In this document: in pieces, positions 10,447 to 19,918 of the stretch
Position numbering within the stretch: the stretch's first letter is position 1
How the letters are laid out: the number at the start of each line of letters is the position of its first letter
From: Ginkgo biloba
Lineage: Eukaryota > Plantae > Ginkgophyta
Length of the DNA: 19,918 bases
Reading direction: 5' to 3'
Assembly (NCBI GenBank): GCA_024626585.2
Contig: JANKJI020000004.1
Span: 52,008,564 to 52,028,481 of the forward strand
Made by a program: the position numbers and the translations under genes
The notes under the pieces: generated by a model
Database searches by the model: none
What the model was told of the DNA's origin: nothing
What the model saw: the letters and a program-made list of their open reading frames with translations, nothing else

Positions 10447-11435
10447 TTGTGGATTTCATCTCCTGTTTACCATTTAAAGAAAATTTTAACCTGGTTGATA
10501 ATTAATGACTTACTGAGAAATCCAATCATTGCCCTTGACTATCCTGAGATTCCTCCCACTGATTTCGAGTATATACACGTATGTACCTTCACCCTTTCCC
10601 TAGAGGCCTCAAAATGGCACATCGATCTCAAATTTGGCCCAATGAGTCCCCAAATGACTAATCCAATGGTTTCAAAAGATATTTTGACCAAGTCCTCAAT
10701 GTCCCCTATAGTGTGCTTGTAAAATAAACTTTAGCCTACTCTTAAAGTCCTTCAAAAAGTGCTTTTTGTCATAGACAAATCTAGGGAGCAACTAGCCTAG
10801 GGAAGGTCAAACTTGATCAAAAGGTTGGCCCAAAGGAATGACTTAAGAGAAGGAGAAAGTCATTGGAGCCCACAAGATCTCCTAATGACTTGGATAAAAA
10901 TGTCAATTGGGCCACTCTATAACCCAAAACCATGTCAATTAGAGTGTAAGCATGAAACCAAGGCCAAACAAACATTGCATATTTTATGACCCTTGACATC
11001 TCTCGCATCGTCATATTATCGTTAAAGTGTCTTGGAGTAGATTCATGTGAAGAAGGAATTTGAATAGTTGTGAGACAAAATTCAATTGTAGATAACAAAG
11101 GTAAAACCCCCATTCAAATTCTTCAAGAAACTTCCATATTTGCATTGTTTATTGCAAGTATGTAGGGATTTCCAAACCATATGACTGCACATTTGGAAGC
11201 AGTAGATAGTGCAACAACCAAAGGAGTCATTGACTAGAAGAGTACGACCTAAATATGAGAGTTGAATTATAAATATTGCAAGGGTGATAGGGGCAGTCTT
11301 TGAAAACTTGAAAGACCAAAACAAGCCCTCACAGATGCATTTACAAAAGCACATCCTTGTAAAGGCTATATAACTTCATTAATACAAGGACAAGTACAAG
11401 TCATCATAAATTCAATAAGCATATGCCAAGACTAA
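10447..11435 (+). pseudogene. Unassigned decayed ORF, probably a transposon accessory ORF
   Basis: Frame 1 has few stops from 10447 to ~10989. Frame 3 runs ~10803-11435 (LKRRRKSLEPTRSP...IAYFMTLDISRIVILSLKCLGVDSCEEG...LERPKQALTDAF). No recognisable family. Confidence 0.35.
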
Positions 11436-12243
11436 ATATTTTGTAAGATGATAGCAAGTACAATGTGTTTGACAAAGAAACGAGTGTCATTCTGAGGCAG
11501 TACCACCTCTAAACCTATAAGTATAGTCATAGTATAGCTTGGACAGTAAGCATGATATGTCATAGCAATAGATTAGATTGCATTTTTTTAAAGTTTTCAA
11601 CCTTAGAAAATTAAAAGAAAATTCAACCAAACTATTCTTAAGAATATTCTCCTTTCTTTTTTTTTGAAAAATACATCTTACATTTACATGAACATATTTA
11701 TAGAAAGTACAATACAGTATAATACAATGCAGAAGGGTATATACAATGGTCATCATATCCTCTTCCATAGAGCAACCACAACTGAGATGAAGTCTGGATA
11801 TGTTGTAGGCTCCAAAGTTTAGGCATATTTGATCANNNNNNNNNNNNNNNNNNNNNNNNNNNNNNNNNNNNNNNNNNNNNNNNNNNNNNNNNNNNNNNNN
11901 NNNNNNNNNNNNNNNNNNNNNNNNNNNNNNNNNNNTCTCCTAGGGTTTCCTTTTTGCAATATAGTTGTGCATCGATTTGCCTCTTGTTTGTAGGTTTCCC
12001 TCACCCGACTCATCCGATCCATTTGGTGTTCAATGTGTGGCTCCCTGAGCTCACACCAGGTTTGCTTATTTTAACCCTTAAATCCTTCCTCATGCATGAT
12101 TTCAAGCATAATATAGTGTGTACAGGCTACTTTGATATTCATACTGTAGAAGCATTAGTTGACAGATGTAAGTACATACAAATTAATGTACATTCCTCCA
12201 AATATATACGACTACTACATATATTGCTTCAATAGTCATGATG

Positions 12244-12436
12244 ACCTTGATCATATAAGTTGGAATGGCATGTGACTAATGAGATAAGTCCAACATCAGT
12301 CTATATATTGTATCATATTATTATGGGAACCCTAGAAGTTAACCTTGATCATATAAGCTAGAATACCATGTGACTAATGCGATAAGTCTAGCATCAGTCT
12401 CCACATTGTATCTTATTATTATGGGAACCCTACAAG
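12244..12436. repeat. 98-bp tandem duplication
   Basis: accttgatcatataag...catgtgactaatg.gataagtc...catcagtct...attgtatc.tattattatgggaacccta at 12244 and 12342. Confidence 0.95.
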
Positions 12437-12518
12437 GCAGGGTAACTATTTAGACCAACCTCCCCAAATGGATAAGGTCTTAAGGGATGCTAACCTATTT
12501 AGTTCGATAAGTTAGCTT

Positions 12519-13201
12519 TGTTGGCATGTAAGGCTTGTGTAAGTATTGCCACCACGTAAGACTTAAGTCTTAGCAAGATATTGGTGACATGGCACCAATG
12601 TCGTGAATCCAACACTGGAAGACAAATAATGACGTACAGAAATGATACATTAAATGTAGCAATAACAGGCACATTAATTGATGATAGAATAGACACATTA
12701 AATGAGGAAGAACCTGCATTAATGAAGGAAATGCTAATACCATTTGTTGCTAGAAAGAAGGTGCATTTAATAATGTTAAGAAAAAACCTAAGATTCATTT
12801 ATTAGGGAAGTTCAAGAGCATTAATTAGGGTGTTATAAAAGGACAAGCAATTAATGTAATGACATCATTTAGGGTTATGTCACTTCAACGTGAAAAGACA
12901 TGTCATATAGCATTTATGATGATAGAGAAGATATCAATAGGAAAGAGAAAACCCTAGGATGTGAGAGTTGAGTGTAACATTCTAGGGCTTGGTGTGAGAG
13001 GTTATCCTCTAGCATATACATCTATGTATAGTTATTAAAAGAGTAATAACGAGGTTTTGTACCCTGTATTGTGCGGGTTGAAGTTCTTGCACTATATTTA
13101 TGATGTTTCCTTGTAATTAATGCACGTTGAATCTTCATATGTATGAATAACAACCATTGTTGATGGTGGGCTCCACACTCAAGACACACTATTAGTCAAT
13201 A
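12519..13201 (+). repeat. 5' LTR of element B1 (~683 bp)
   Basis: Starts TGTTGGCA and ends TAGTCAATA (CA decayed to TA), so the termini are inverted. Followed by a PBS; homologous to 13515-14311. Confidence 0.82.
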
Positions 13202-13203
13202 TT

Positions 13204-13221
13204 TGGTTCCATTGTCGAGAC
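13204..13221 (+). promoter_or_regulatory. Primer binding site (tRNA-Glu type) of element B1
   Basis: TGGTTCCATTGTCGAGAC vs expected TGGTTCCGTTGCCGGGAC: 15/18, all three mismatches are G>A or C>T transitions; 2 nt after the LTR end. Confidence 0.85.
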
Positions 13222-13514
13222 TTTGTCAAAATTCTAAGGGGGGATAGACCTGAGTGATGATAGATGAGTATTCTAACTGCTAGGTGAGAGTCAACTAGGC
13301 AAGTTGATGATCGAATTATGAAATACCCTGACACATGACAAGGGGTTGTAACTAAGCCCACCCATTNNNNNNNNNNNNNNNNNNNNNNNNNNNNNNNNNN
13401 NNNNNNNNNNNNNNNNNNNNNNNNNNNNNNNNNNNNNNNNNNNNNNNNNNNNNNNNNNNNNNNNNNGACATATGACAAACAGATCTACAAAGAATAAGGA
13501 AAAGAGATTAAAAC
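13222..13514 (+). mobile_element. Truncated leader of element B1, interrupted by element B2
   Basis: ggttgtaactaagcccacccatt (~13344-13366) matches ggttgtaaccaagcccacccatt (~14459-14481); weaker similarity continues to 13514. Confidence 0.75.
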
Positions 13515-14311
13515 TGTTTATAATCTAATTCTCACTGTGCAAGTATGTTAAGAGCTCTATAAGGACCAAAAAATGAAATCTTAACAAAAATATCCTGTTA
13601 GCAGGATAATTATGCACATGGATCCCAGCAACAAATCCAGTCAACCCCAGTGATGATGTCAGCAGATTAAGCACAATTATTGCAGCACTGCAGCCACATT
13701 TATTACAGCAACCAACTGCATTTATGAGAGTACTACAGCAAACTAAGTACATTTATGGCAGATGATATCAGAAACAGGAAATGCCTTAACGAAGGTTGAC
13801 ATTACAGACAGAAAGGTTGCATCAGCCATGATGTGGCAGATCAGCAGATTAAAGGCACAATTATTGAGATGATGACATCATAAAGAAGAGCATTTAATGA
13901 GGCAGACAAGGATACATTAAGGAGGGGACGTCATCCATAGAAGACCCATTTAATGCAGCAATTAAGGTGCATTTAATGAGAGCATTTATGACCGAATACT
14001 AATTAGGGTCTGGTTGTATTTAATGTAGGGACGCCCTAGGGGATGTGCCACTTCATATAAAAGACATATAATTTAACATTTATGAGAGTCATATCATTAT
14101 AAATAGGAGAGAGAATCAGAAATGTGTGAAGCCTATCTCTGCCATTTGTACTATGTACTTGTGATTCTGAGTAATAAATGAGGATTGTACCCCATATGTG
14201 CATCTATTCCATTACGTGCTTGTGAATGACTAATTAATGCATGCACTGCTCATGATGATGCTGACCCATTGCTAATGGTGGGTCTACATCCTAGACCAAA
14301 ATTAGTCAGCA
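13515..14311 (+). repeat. 5' LTR of element B2 (~800 bp)
   Basis: Start TGTT placed by alignment to LTR B1 (tgtgcaagtat vs tgtgtaagtat); ends ATTAGTCAGCA. TATAAATA 14098-14105, AATAAA 14173-14178. 3' blocks shared with B1 (ttgtaccc, taattaatgca, ccattg...atggtggg, attagtca). Confidence 0.8.
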
Positions 14312-14313
14312 GT

Positions 14314-14331
14314 TGGTTCTGTTGCAAGAAC
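14314..14331 (+). promoter_or_regulatory. Primer binding site (tRNA-Glu type) of element B2
   Basis: TGGTTCTGTTGCAAGAAC, 14/18 to TGGTTCCGTTGCCGGGAC; 2 nt after the LTR end CA. Confidence 0.78.
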
Positions 14332-14359
14332 CTCACTAAAGAGATACAGAAGTACAAAC

Positions 14360-17009
14360 ATGAGTATGGACAATTAGTTATCAACACGAACTAAGCGAGT
14401 GGAAACAGTCAAGCATATGTGCCAGATACGAAAGATCCTAGGTACAGACAAGATTATAGGTTGTAACCAAGCCCACCCATTGCCAGGCAGCCTCTCGATG
14501 TCGTTGAGAGGTTGAACAAACAAAAATCTAGTAATAATGAACAAGACAAGAACTTCAAGGCATGTTCATTGGATGAAGGAGCAGGAGTTAACAGGAAAAA
14601 GGTATCCACATAACACAATTGACCAACTAAAGTAGAAGATGACTCATAAAGGGGGAAAACAAAAGGATGTTGAGGCTTTGGGAAAAATAGGGAAGAACAT
14701 TCTGAAGGGAGAGAGAAACTGTTAAAACACTCACCTTTACAAAAAAGAAGTAATAATAGAGTAACCACATCCAATGCCAATCCAAGTTGCCACGAGCATA
14801 AACAAGGCAACTATGAATGAAATAATGTTAGAATTGATAGAGGCAAAGGAAATATGATAGAGTCCTAACCTCAAGACAAAAGTAGGAGGAGACCCCCTAG
14901 TCTTTGAAGTTGGAACAATGTCAATTAAGAAAATATTTGCTACAATTCAATCCTTTAATCATAGTTCGGAAGAGTCAAGGCAGAAGTCACTAGTAGAAAC
15001 TCAGGAATAACAAACACGGTATGGCATGCAGAAAAATCCACTCTACAAAAATATGGTGACCCTACTAACCTTCAAGTTTACTGACCTCCAATAGGAGTCA
15101 CCCTTAAGGGGTCACCTCGAGAACTTTCGTCCTAGCCAACTAGTGGAAGGAAGCAACGGCCATACCCAAAGCCAACAGATACTAGTAGTTTTAAGAGATT
15201 TTAGATCAGGTTTGTAAGCAATAACAATAATTAGAATGTGATGCAACCACCAAATAATATAATTGCCACACTAAACACCAATAACCTAACAATAGTTGGC
15301 AATAATGGTTAGAATCAAACCACATCATTCGGATTGAATTTCAACAATTTCTTCAAAGAACAAAACCAACAAAAACATAATTAGAGTAGCAATTTATGTG
15401 GGAAGAATAACAGCTTCTCTAGTCCAAACAACACCTTTGGAAGTCAAAATACCGTGTTTGGAAGTTCCAACAACCCAACCAAGGGACAATCCAATCCCTT
15501 TATTAGCTTCAATGAAGGGAATTTTGGCAATAATAATTAACAAAAATTCAGTAGAACTAGTAACCTAGATGTAGCACTAGCTCCAACAAAATGGTTGTAA
15601 ATAACTTTGCAAGGATTAACAAAAATAGTAACCTTAAAAGCAGTAATCCAAACACAGTTGGAGGAAGCTTTTATAGTGGAAATTTCAACAATAATGGTTG
15701 TGATTTCAACAATCCCGATGCTAACTTCAACAATAAAAGTTTCAATAACATCTATGGTAACCTTAATAGAAGAAATTCCAATAACAACTTATACAACAAT
15801 AGAGGAAATTCTAATAAGCATGGCAACAACCTCAATGAAGGAAATTTCAAAGAGAATTTTAACAGTGTAAATCTTGATGGTGGAAACAATAATAACTTTG
15901 GAGGATACAAGAACTTCGGATATGGGCCAGAAGGAGGAGCAACATCCATGATGATATAGGCCAACAATCCATTGNNNNNNNNNNNNNNNNNNNNNNNNNN
16001 NNNNNNNNNNNNNNNNNNNNNNNNNNNNNNNNNNNNNNNNNNNNNNNNNNNNNNNNNNNNNNNNNNNNNNNNNNNNNNAAGATTTTTCTCAACCCCATGA
16101 GAAACAACCCTATCCTAGTTCCAATGCATAAGGCACCATTCATTGGTAGTTATTCAAGAATTACTTTTGGATAGAATCAAACTCTACATGATCCAACAAA
16201 AGTATAAAAATCCCTACACGAAATTAAAAAAATATATGCCAAAACTATAAGAGACTTTGATGGAACATTACAAGTACTGGTATCAAAATACAACACCCAA
16301 AATATGGTCACGTTGATTCATATTCCACACTATTTCGTCGAAGTCCTACTTCCACCATACTAGCATAAGGTAAAGAAACATCCTATGGAAAACTACAAGC
16401 AAACTCAACATTTGGTAATGGCGTTTGAGAAGCAAATGACAATTGATCAATTCCATTTATATCCAAATGAATAGCATCATGAAGATATCCCTCCTAGGTA
16501 TGCATTGTTACGAAATGTCAGTAAAGTACCAACAAAGACTAAGAACAAGGATGCAAAGATAAAGAAGCTACATTAAGTAGATTGCAAAATTGAAGCCGCT
16601 AACCAAGAGCCTAGTCGAAAGAACGTTTGGTGCACTAAAGATGATAAGATGACACACTAGAACCAAACATATGAAACAAACAAATAGCTTCGAAAAGAAG
16701 TAGTCTACCATTTGGTAGAAAGATACACATGTTACAAAATATTCTTACTCAAACCTCCCAACTCATTAGAATGGGCAAAGTTGTAGAAGAGGACAACGAG
16801 GTGGCTACTGAGGTAATTTGAACCACAATGTCAACTATCAAGGAGCTAATCGTAACAATCAAACTCCATCCCTATGTTGCATGAGGTGCTAGAGTGGGGA
16901 CATATATTGCACAATTTCCGCTTTATGCAAAACAACAAAGGCCCAATATGTAAGCATTGTGGGCCAAGCGACTGCACTTCCAAAAATTGCCCTAAGAAGA
17001 AAATGTGAC
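14360..17009 (+). pseudogene. gag: gag of element B2: long low-complexity N-terminus, capsid-like domain, multiple Zn knuckles (start approximate)
   Basis: Asn/Gly/Phe-rich tract ~15220-15960. LHDPTKV*KSLHEIKKIYAKTIRDFDGTLQVLVSK and YFVEVLLPPY*HKVKKHPMENYKQTQHLVMAFEKQM (~16180-16440). Knuckle relics VWCTKDDKMTH, LEWGHILHNF and ICKHCGPSDCTSKNCP. Confidence 0.75.
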
Positions 17010-17881
17010 TAAAATTGGTGAGTAATACACTTGATGGAAAACAAACCACAAAGCAAAATTATGATGTAAATGCATGCACACGCATGCACACGAAGGTAGG
17101 AGAAGACGAAAATCACAACCCATACGGATACAAACTTCCCTAATTTAAAGAAGGGGAAGGACTCTTTAGTCATTGCCAAGGAAGCATTGGAAGCAACAAC
17201 CCACGAAACCAAGGCCGAACGAGAGGAGGCTCATTCTTGTTGAGGAAGTGGAAAGGTTATGAGATGAAAAAGCTCAAGAAGAAATTGAAAGAATTAGAAG
17301 TAGAAAATCAAAGATGTACATTTGTAAACAACCCAAAGAGTCAACAACCATAGTACCATCTTGAGAAACTAAAGGGACAACACCAATACCTATAGAATCA
17401 AAACAAACTTTACAACAACATTGATACCAATTACTCTAACTAATGTCTAAAAATTAGAAGTGCTTAAACAATTTGCAAAATGATCTGATGTTGAGCATAC
17501 CACTATCTACACTTTTCCAACTCTAAGAGCTGGAGCAATTGCAAAAGATTACAAATGTTGTTAGAGATGACAAAATGATGTTAAGATTTTGTCATCAAGA
17601 CTCATTTTCTNNNNNNNNNNNNNNNNNNNNNNNNNNNNNNNNNNNNNNNNNNNNNNNNNNNNNNNNNNNNNNNNNNNNNNNNNNNNNNNNNNNNNNNNNN
17701 NNNNNNNNNNCAAATGTGACTAACTAAATGTGACCCTAATGACATTAATTTCCAACAATATAAGAAAAAATTATGATATGGCAGTCGAGGAAGATGAAGA
17801 CTGGCCTGACGAAGAGGGCATGATTATATTAGATGATGGCAGCAAAATTTTTTATGAAGATGAAATAATAGAAGCAAAGTT

Positions 17882-18331
17882 TGATACAAAGGTCCCAAAT
17901 TCAAGCATTTTCATTCCAAAAATGAAAAATGTAGCTTCACATCTGTAAGCCTATGGACAATGATGGGAAGAGGAAAAATTTTAACGGAAGGCATTCTAAC
18001 AATTTAAAATTTCTTGTAACTCTACGCGATTATGAATTGAATTGGTTCTTACTTTGAAAATTCGAAGCACGAGATTGGAACAATGTTTGTGAAATTTTCA
18101 CCACCAGGTATGCGGGTGGAAATTTTCCCAACCTGCCACCACATAATGTCAATATTAAACTAGTAGAGAATATAAAGAAGTGTGAATAACTATGGAAACA
18201 ACATAGTGTGTTGCACTAGTTATAAATCTATCTATTTCCACAAAAATCACTAAAACTTTAGCTAGAATGCATGCATTAATAAGTTTATTTCTATATTTTC
18301 CTATAAATATGGCACTCCAATAATTGATTCA
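17882..18331. mobile_element. Possible small insertion (solo-LTR-like, ~450 bp) in the protease-RT spacer of B2
   Basis: TGATAC...GATTCA termini, flanks AAGTT/ATGCT (3/5 match), mostly non-coding AT-rich interior with TATAAAT motifs; acidic coding-like sequence on both sides. Confidence 0.3.
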
Positions 18332-18539
18332 ATGCTAAAGAAAAGTAAGAAATTGTCAACCTATGGCAAGAATATTATAAAGAAGCGCTTTAGTATAAAA
18401 TCAACATCCACAACAATTAACAACGTGGAGCAACTCCAACCTTTGAAGTGTCATCTAAGAGATTGAAGAATAAAAAAGTCAAGCCGATAATCTATATCCC
18501 CTAGAATACTTTAGGTTAAATTATGACAAAAGAGTAATT

Positions 18540-19842
18540 GATGAATCCACCAAACACCTACTAAACAAAGAAGGTACATGCATCCACCACGAGAAATTGA
18601 AAACAAGGAAAATCAATATTGGTATAGAAACAAAATTGAGAAAGATAATTATGGGAAATTATTGGAATGAAGTGACCATCCCTTGAGCTACTGCCTTATT
18701 CTTTGAATATTGTGATAGGTTCACATAGTCATATAAAGACTTAAATGGAGTTCCACCAAAAATTGGATAGCATAAGATAAAGTTGATTGAAGGAGAAAAA
18801 CCAATATGCCAACCTTTGCACCACTTGAATCCAAAAGTCATCGATCAAGTGAAGGAAGAATTGGATAAAATGTTGGATGCAAGCTATATCTACTCAGTGG
18901 AGACTAGTGAATGGGTAAGCCAAGTTGTTATTGCCAAGAAAAAGAAGGGAAAAATTCAAATTTGTGTCAACAACAGAGAATTAAACAAGGTGACCAAGAC
19001 GAACCGATCCCAATCCCATTTACGAAAGATGTATGGGACAAAGTGGTGGGACATGAAGTCAATTCATTTATTGATGGTTTTAGTAGATAGAAACAAGTGA
19101 GCCTTTCTCTAGAAGATCGATTAATAACCACGTTCACAACTTAATCGATAACATATGCTAGCCGTGTGATACCCTTTGGATTAACCAACACATCAACAAC
19201 CTCTGAACGCTTAATACTATAAATTTTCTGAGATGCAATTGGGAAAGAATTCGACGTATTCTTAGATGATTGAATGTTATATAATGTGTTGAAAAATAAC
19301 CTTGACCACCTAAAAGAGATGTTGGAGACAATACGAAAGAGTAATCTATGTTTAAATCCAAATAAGTGCCAATTCTTGGTACTGTTCGGCAATTTTCTTG
19401 GACACCTTGTCGTCAAAGAAGGATTATTGGCTGATCTAGCTAAGGTAGCTCTCATCATGGAATACACCATCCCTAAAACATTGAAGTAGTTAAAATGATT
19501 TTTGGGATTGATAGGTTGTTATCAAAAATTTATAAAAGTCTATGCATTTATTTCTTGTGTGTTGGAGGCCTTGTTGGGAAAGGGAATTGAATGGGTGTGG
19601 ATGGACAAGCAAAAAGAAACATTCGAGTCTAAACAAAAGATTATACATGCACCAATTATACGCTTCCCAGAATGGCTTAAAATGCTCCATATTCATGTAA
19701 ACGCCTTATTTGTTTGTGATTGGATGCATGCAAGCCCAATCAAGAAATATCGATCATCCCTAATGCTTTTCCAGTAGAAAGCTAACATTTATAGAGAAAA
19801 ATTATATCATCACTAAGAGAGAAGGGTTAGGAATGATATACA
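18540..19842 (+). pseudogene. pol: pol of element B2: RT and N-terminal RNase H
   Basis: SYKDLNGVPP, KPICQPLHHLNP...VKEELDKMLDA, SEWVSQVVIAKKK, SFIDGFS, IPFGLTN, VFLDD* (19256-19273), LNPNKC..FLGHLV, APIIRFPEW..HIHVNA, SRKLTFIEKNYIITKREGLGMIY. Confidence 0.95.
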
Positions 19843-19918
19843 TGTAGTGCCCCTAATGGGTATCACTACCAAAATATTGATCCAAATGATGTAAAATGTA
19901 GAGTAATAGAATAATACA
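19843..19918. mobile_element. Probable terminus of another LTR element inserted into the RNase H of B2
   Basis: Homology stops abruptly after REGLGMIY and the sequence switches to TGTAGTGCCCC, a typical LTR-like start. Only 76 bp are visible. Confidence 0.5.

Larger units (their letters stand above)
13515..19842 (+). mobile_element. Element B2: Athila-like Ty3/gypsy retrotransposon of the same lineage as element C (LTR-PBS-gag-pol), interrupted within RNase H
   Basis: Colinear LTR, PBS, gag, acidic spacer, RT and RNase H start. Gag and RT align by eye with element C. Confidence 0.88.

Noticed and set aside
10817-11354. Two minus-strand ORFs of 98 and 90 aa
   Set aside because: No recognisable motifs; they look like antisense shadows of the decayed plus-strand ORF.
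2972-12436. Tandem repeats (54, 335 and 98 bp) as a CRISPR-like array
   Set aside because: Only 2-3 degenerate units each, no unique spacers, no cas genes, and a eukaryotic retrotransposon context.
11954-12805. ORFs 11954-12235, 12499-12798 and 12581-12805
   Set aside because: No domain motifs. The latter two lie almost entirely in the B1 LTR and their frame is not evidently kept in the B2 LTR.
15591-15959. Asn-rich ORF read as a host nucleoporin or prion-like gene
   Set aside because: It sits between the PBS and the Gag capsid on the same strand, with stops and a frameshift; better explained as part of gag.
19914-19918. Window ends in ATACA, identical to the predicted TSD at 19838-19842
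   Set aside because: It would imply a 71-bp element without a terminal CA; likely chance in AT-rich DNA.

Overview
AT-rich eukaryotic DNA made almost entirely of old, nested, pseudogenised Ty3/gypsy LTR retrotransposons, with many N gaps. A large land-plant genome (gymnosperm/fern-like) is inferred from the element types. I found no intact host gene, RNA gene or CRISPR array. Layout: (A) 1-1570, + strand: chromovirus-type pol relic whose RT core is deleted in frame. (C) ~2048-10329, - strand: Athila-like non-chromovirus element with 5' LTR, tRNA-Glu-type PBS, duplicated leader, gag, RT-RNaseH-integrase and an extra ORF downstream of pol. Its integrase is split by a ~1.3 kb insert carrying an unidentified, possibly Ulp1/C48-like, ORF relic. 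10430-12518: an unassigned decayed ORF and a 98-bp tandem duplication. (B1/B2) 12519-19842, + strand: LTR-PBS-leader of one element, interrupted by a related element (LTR-PBS-gag-pol). Both LTRs carry arrays of L1-box/HD-ZIP IV-like motifs, and the B2 Gag has an Asn/FG-rich low-complexity region. A further probable LTR starts at 19843. All translations and alignments were done by eye, and family and tRNA matches are from memory.
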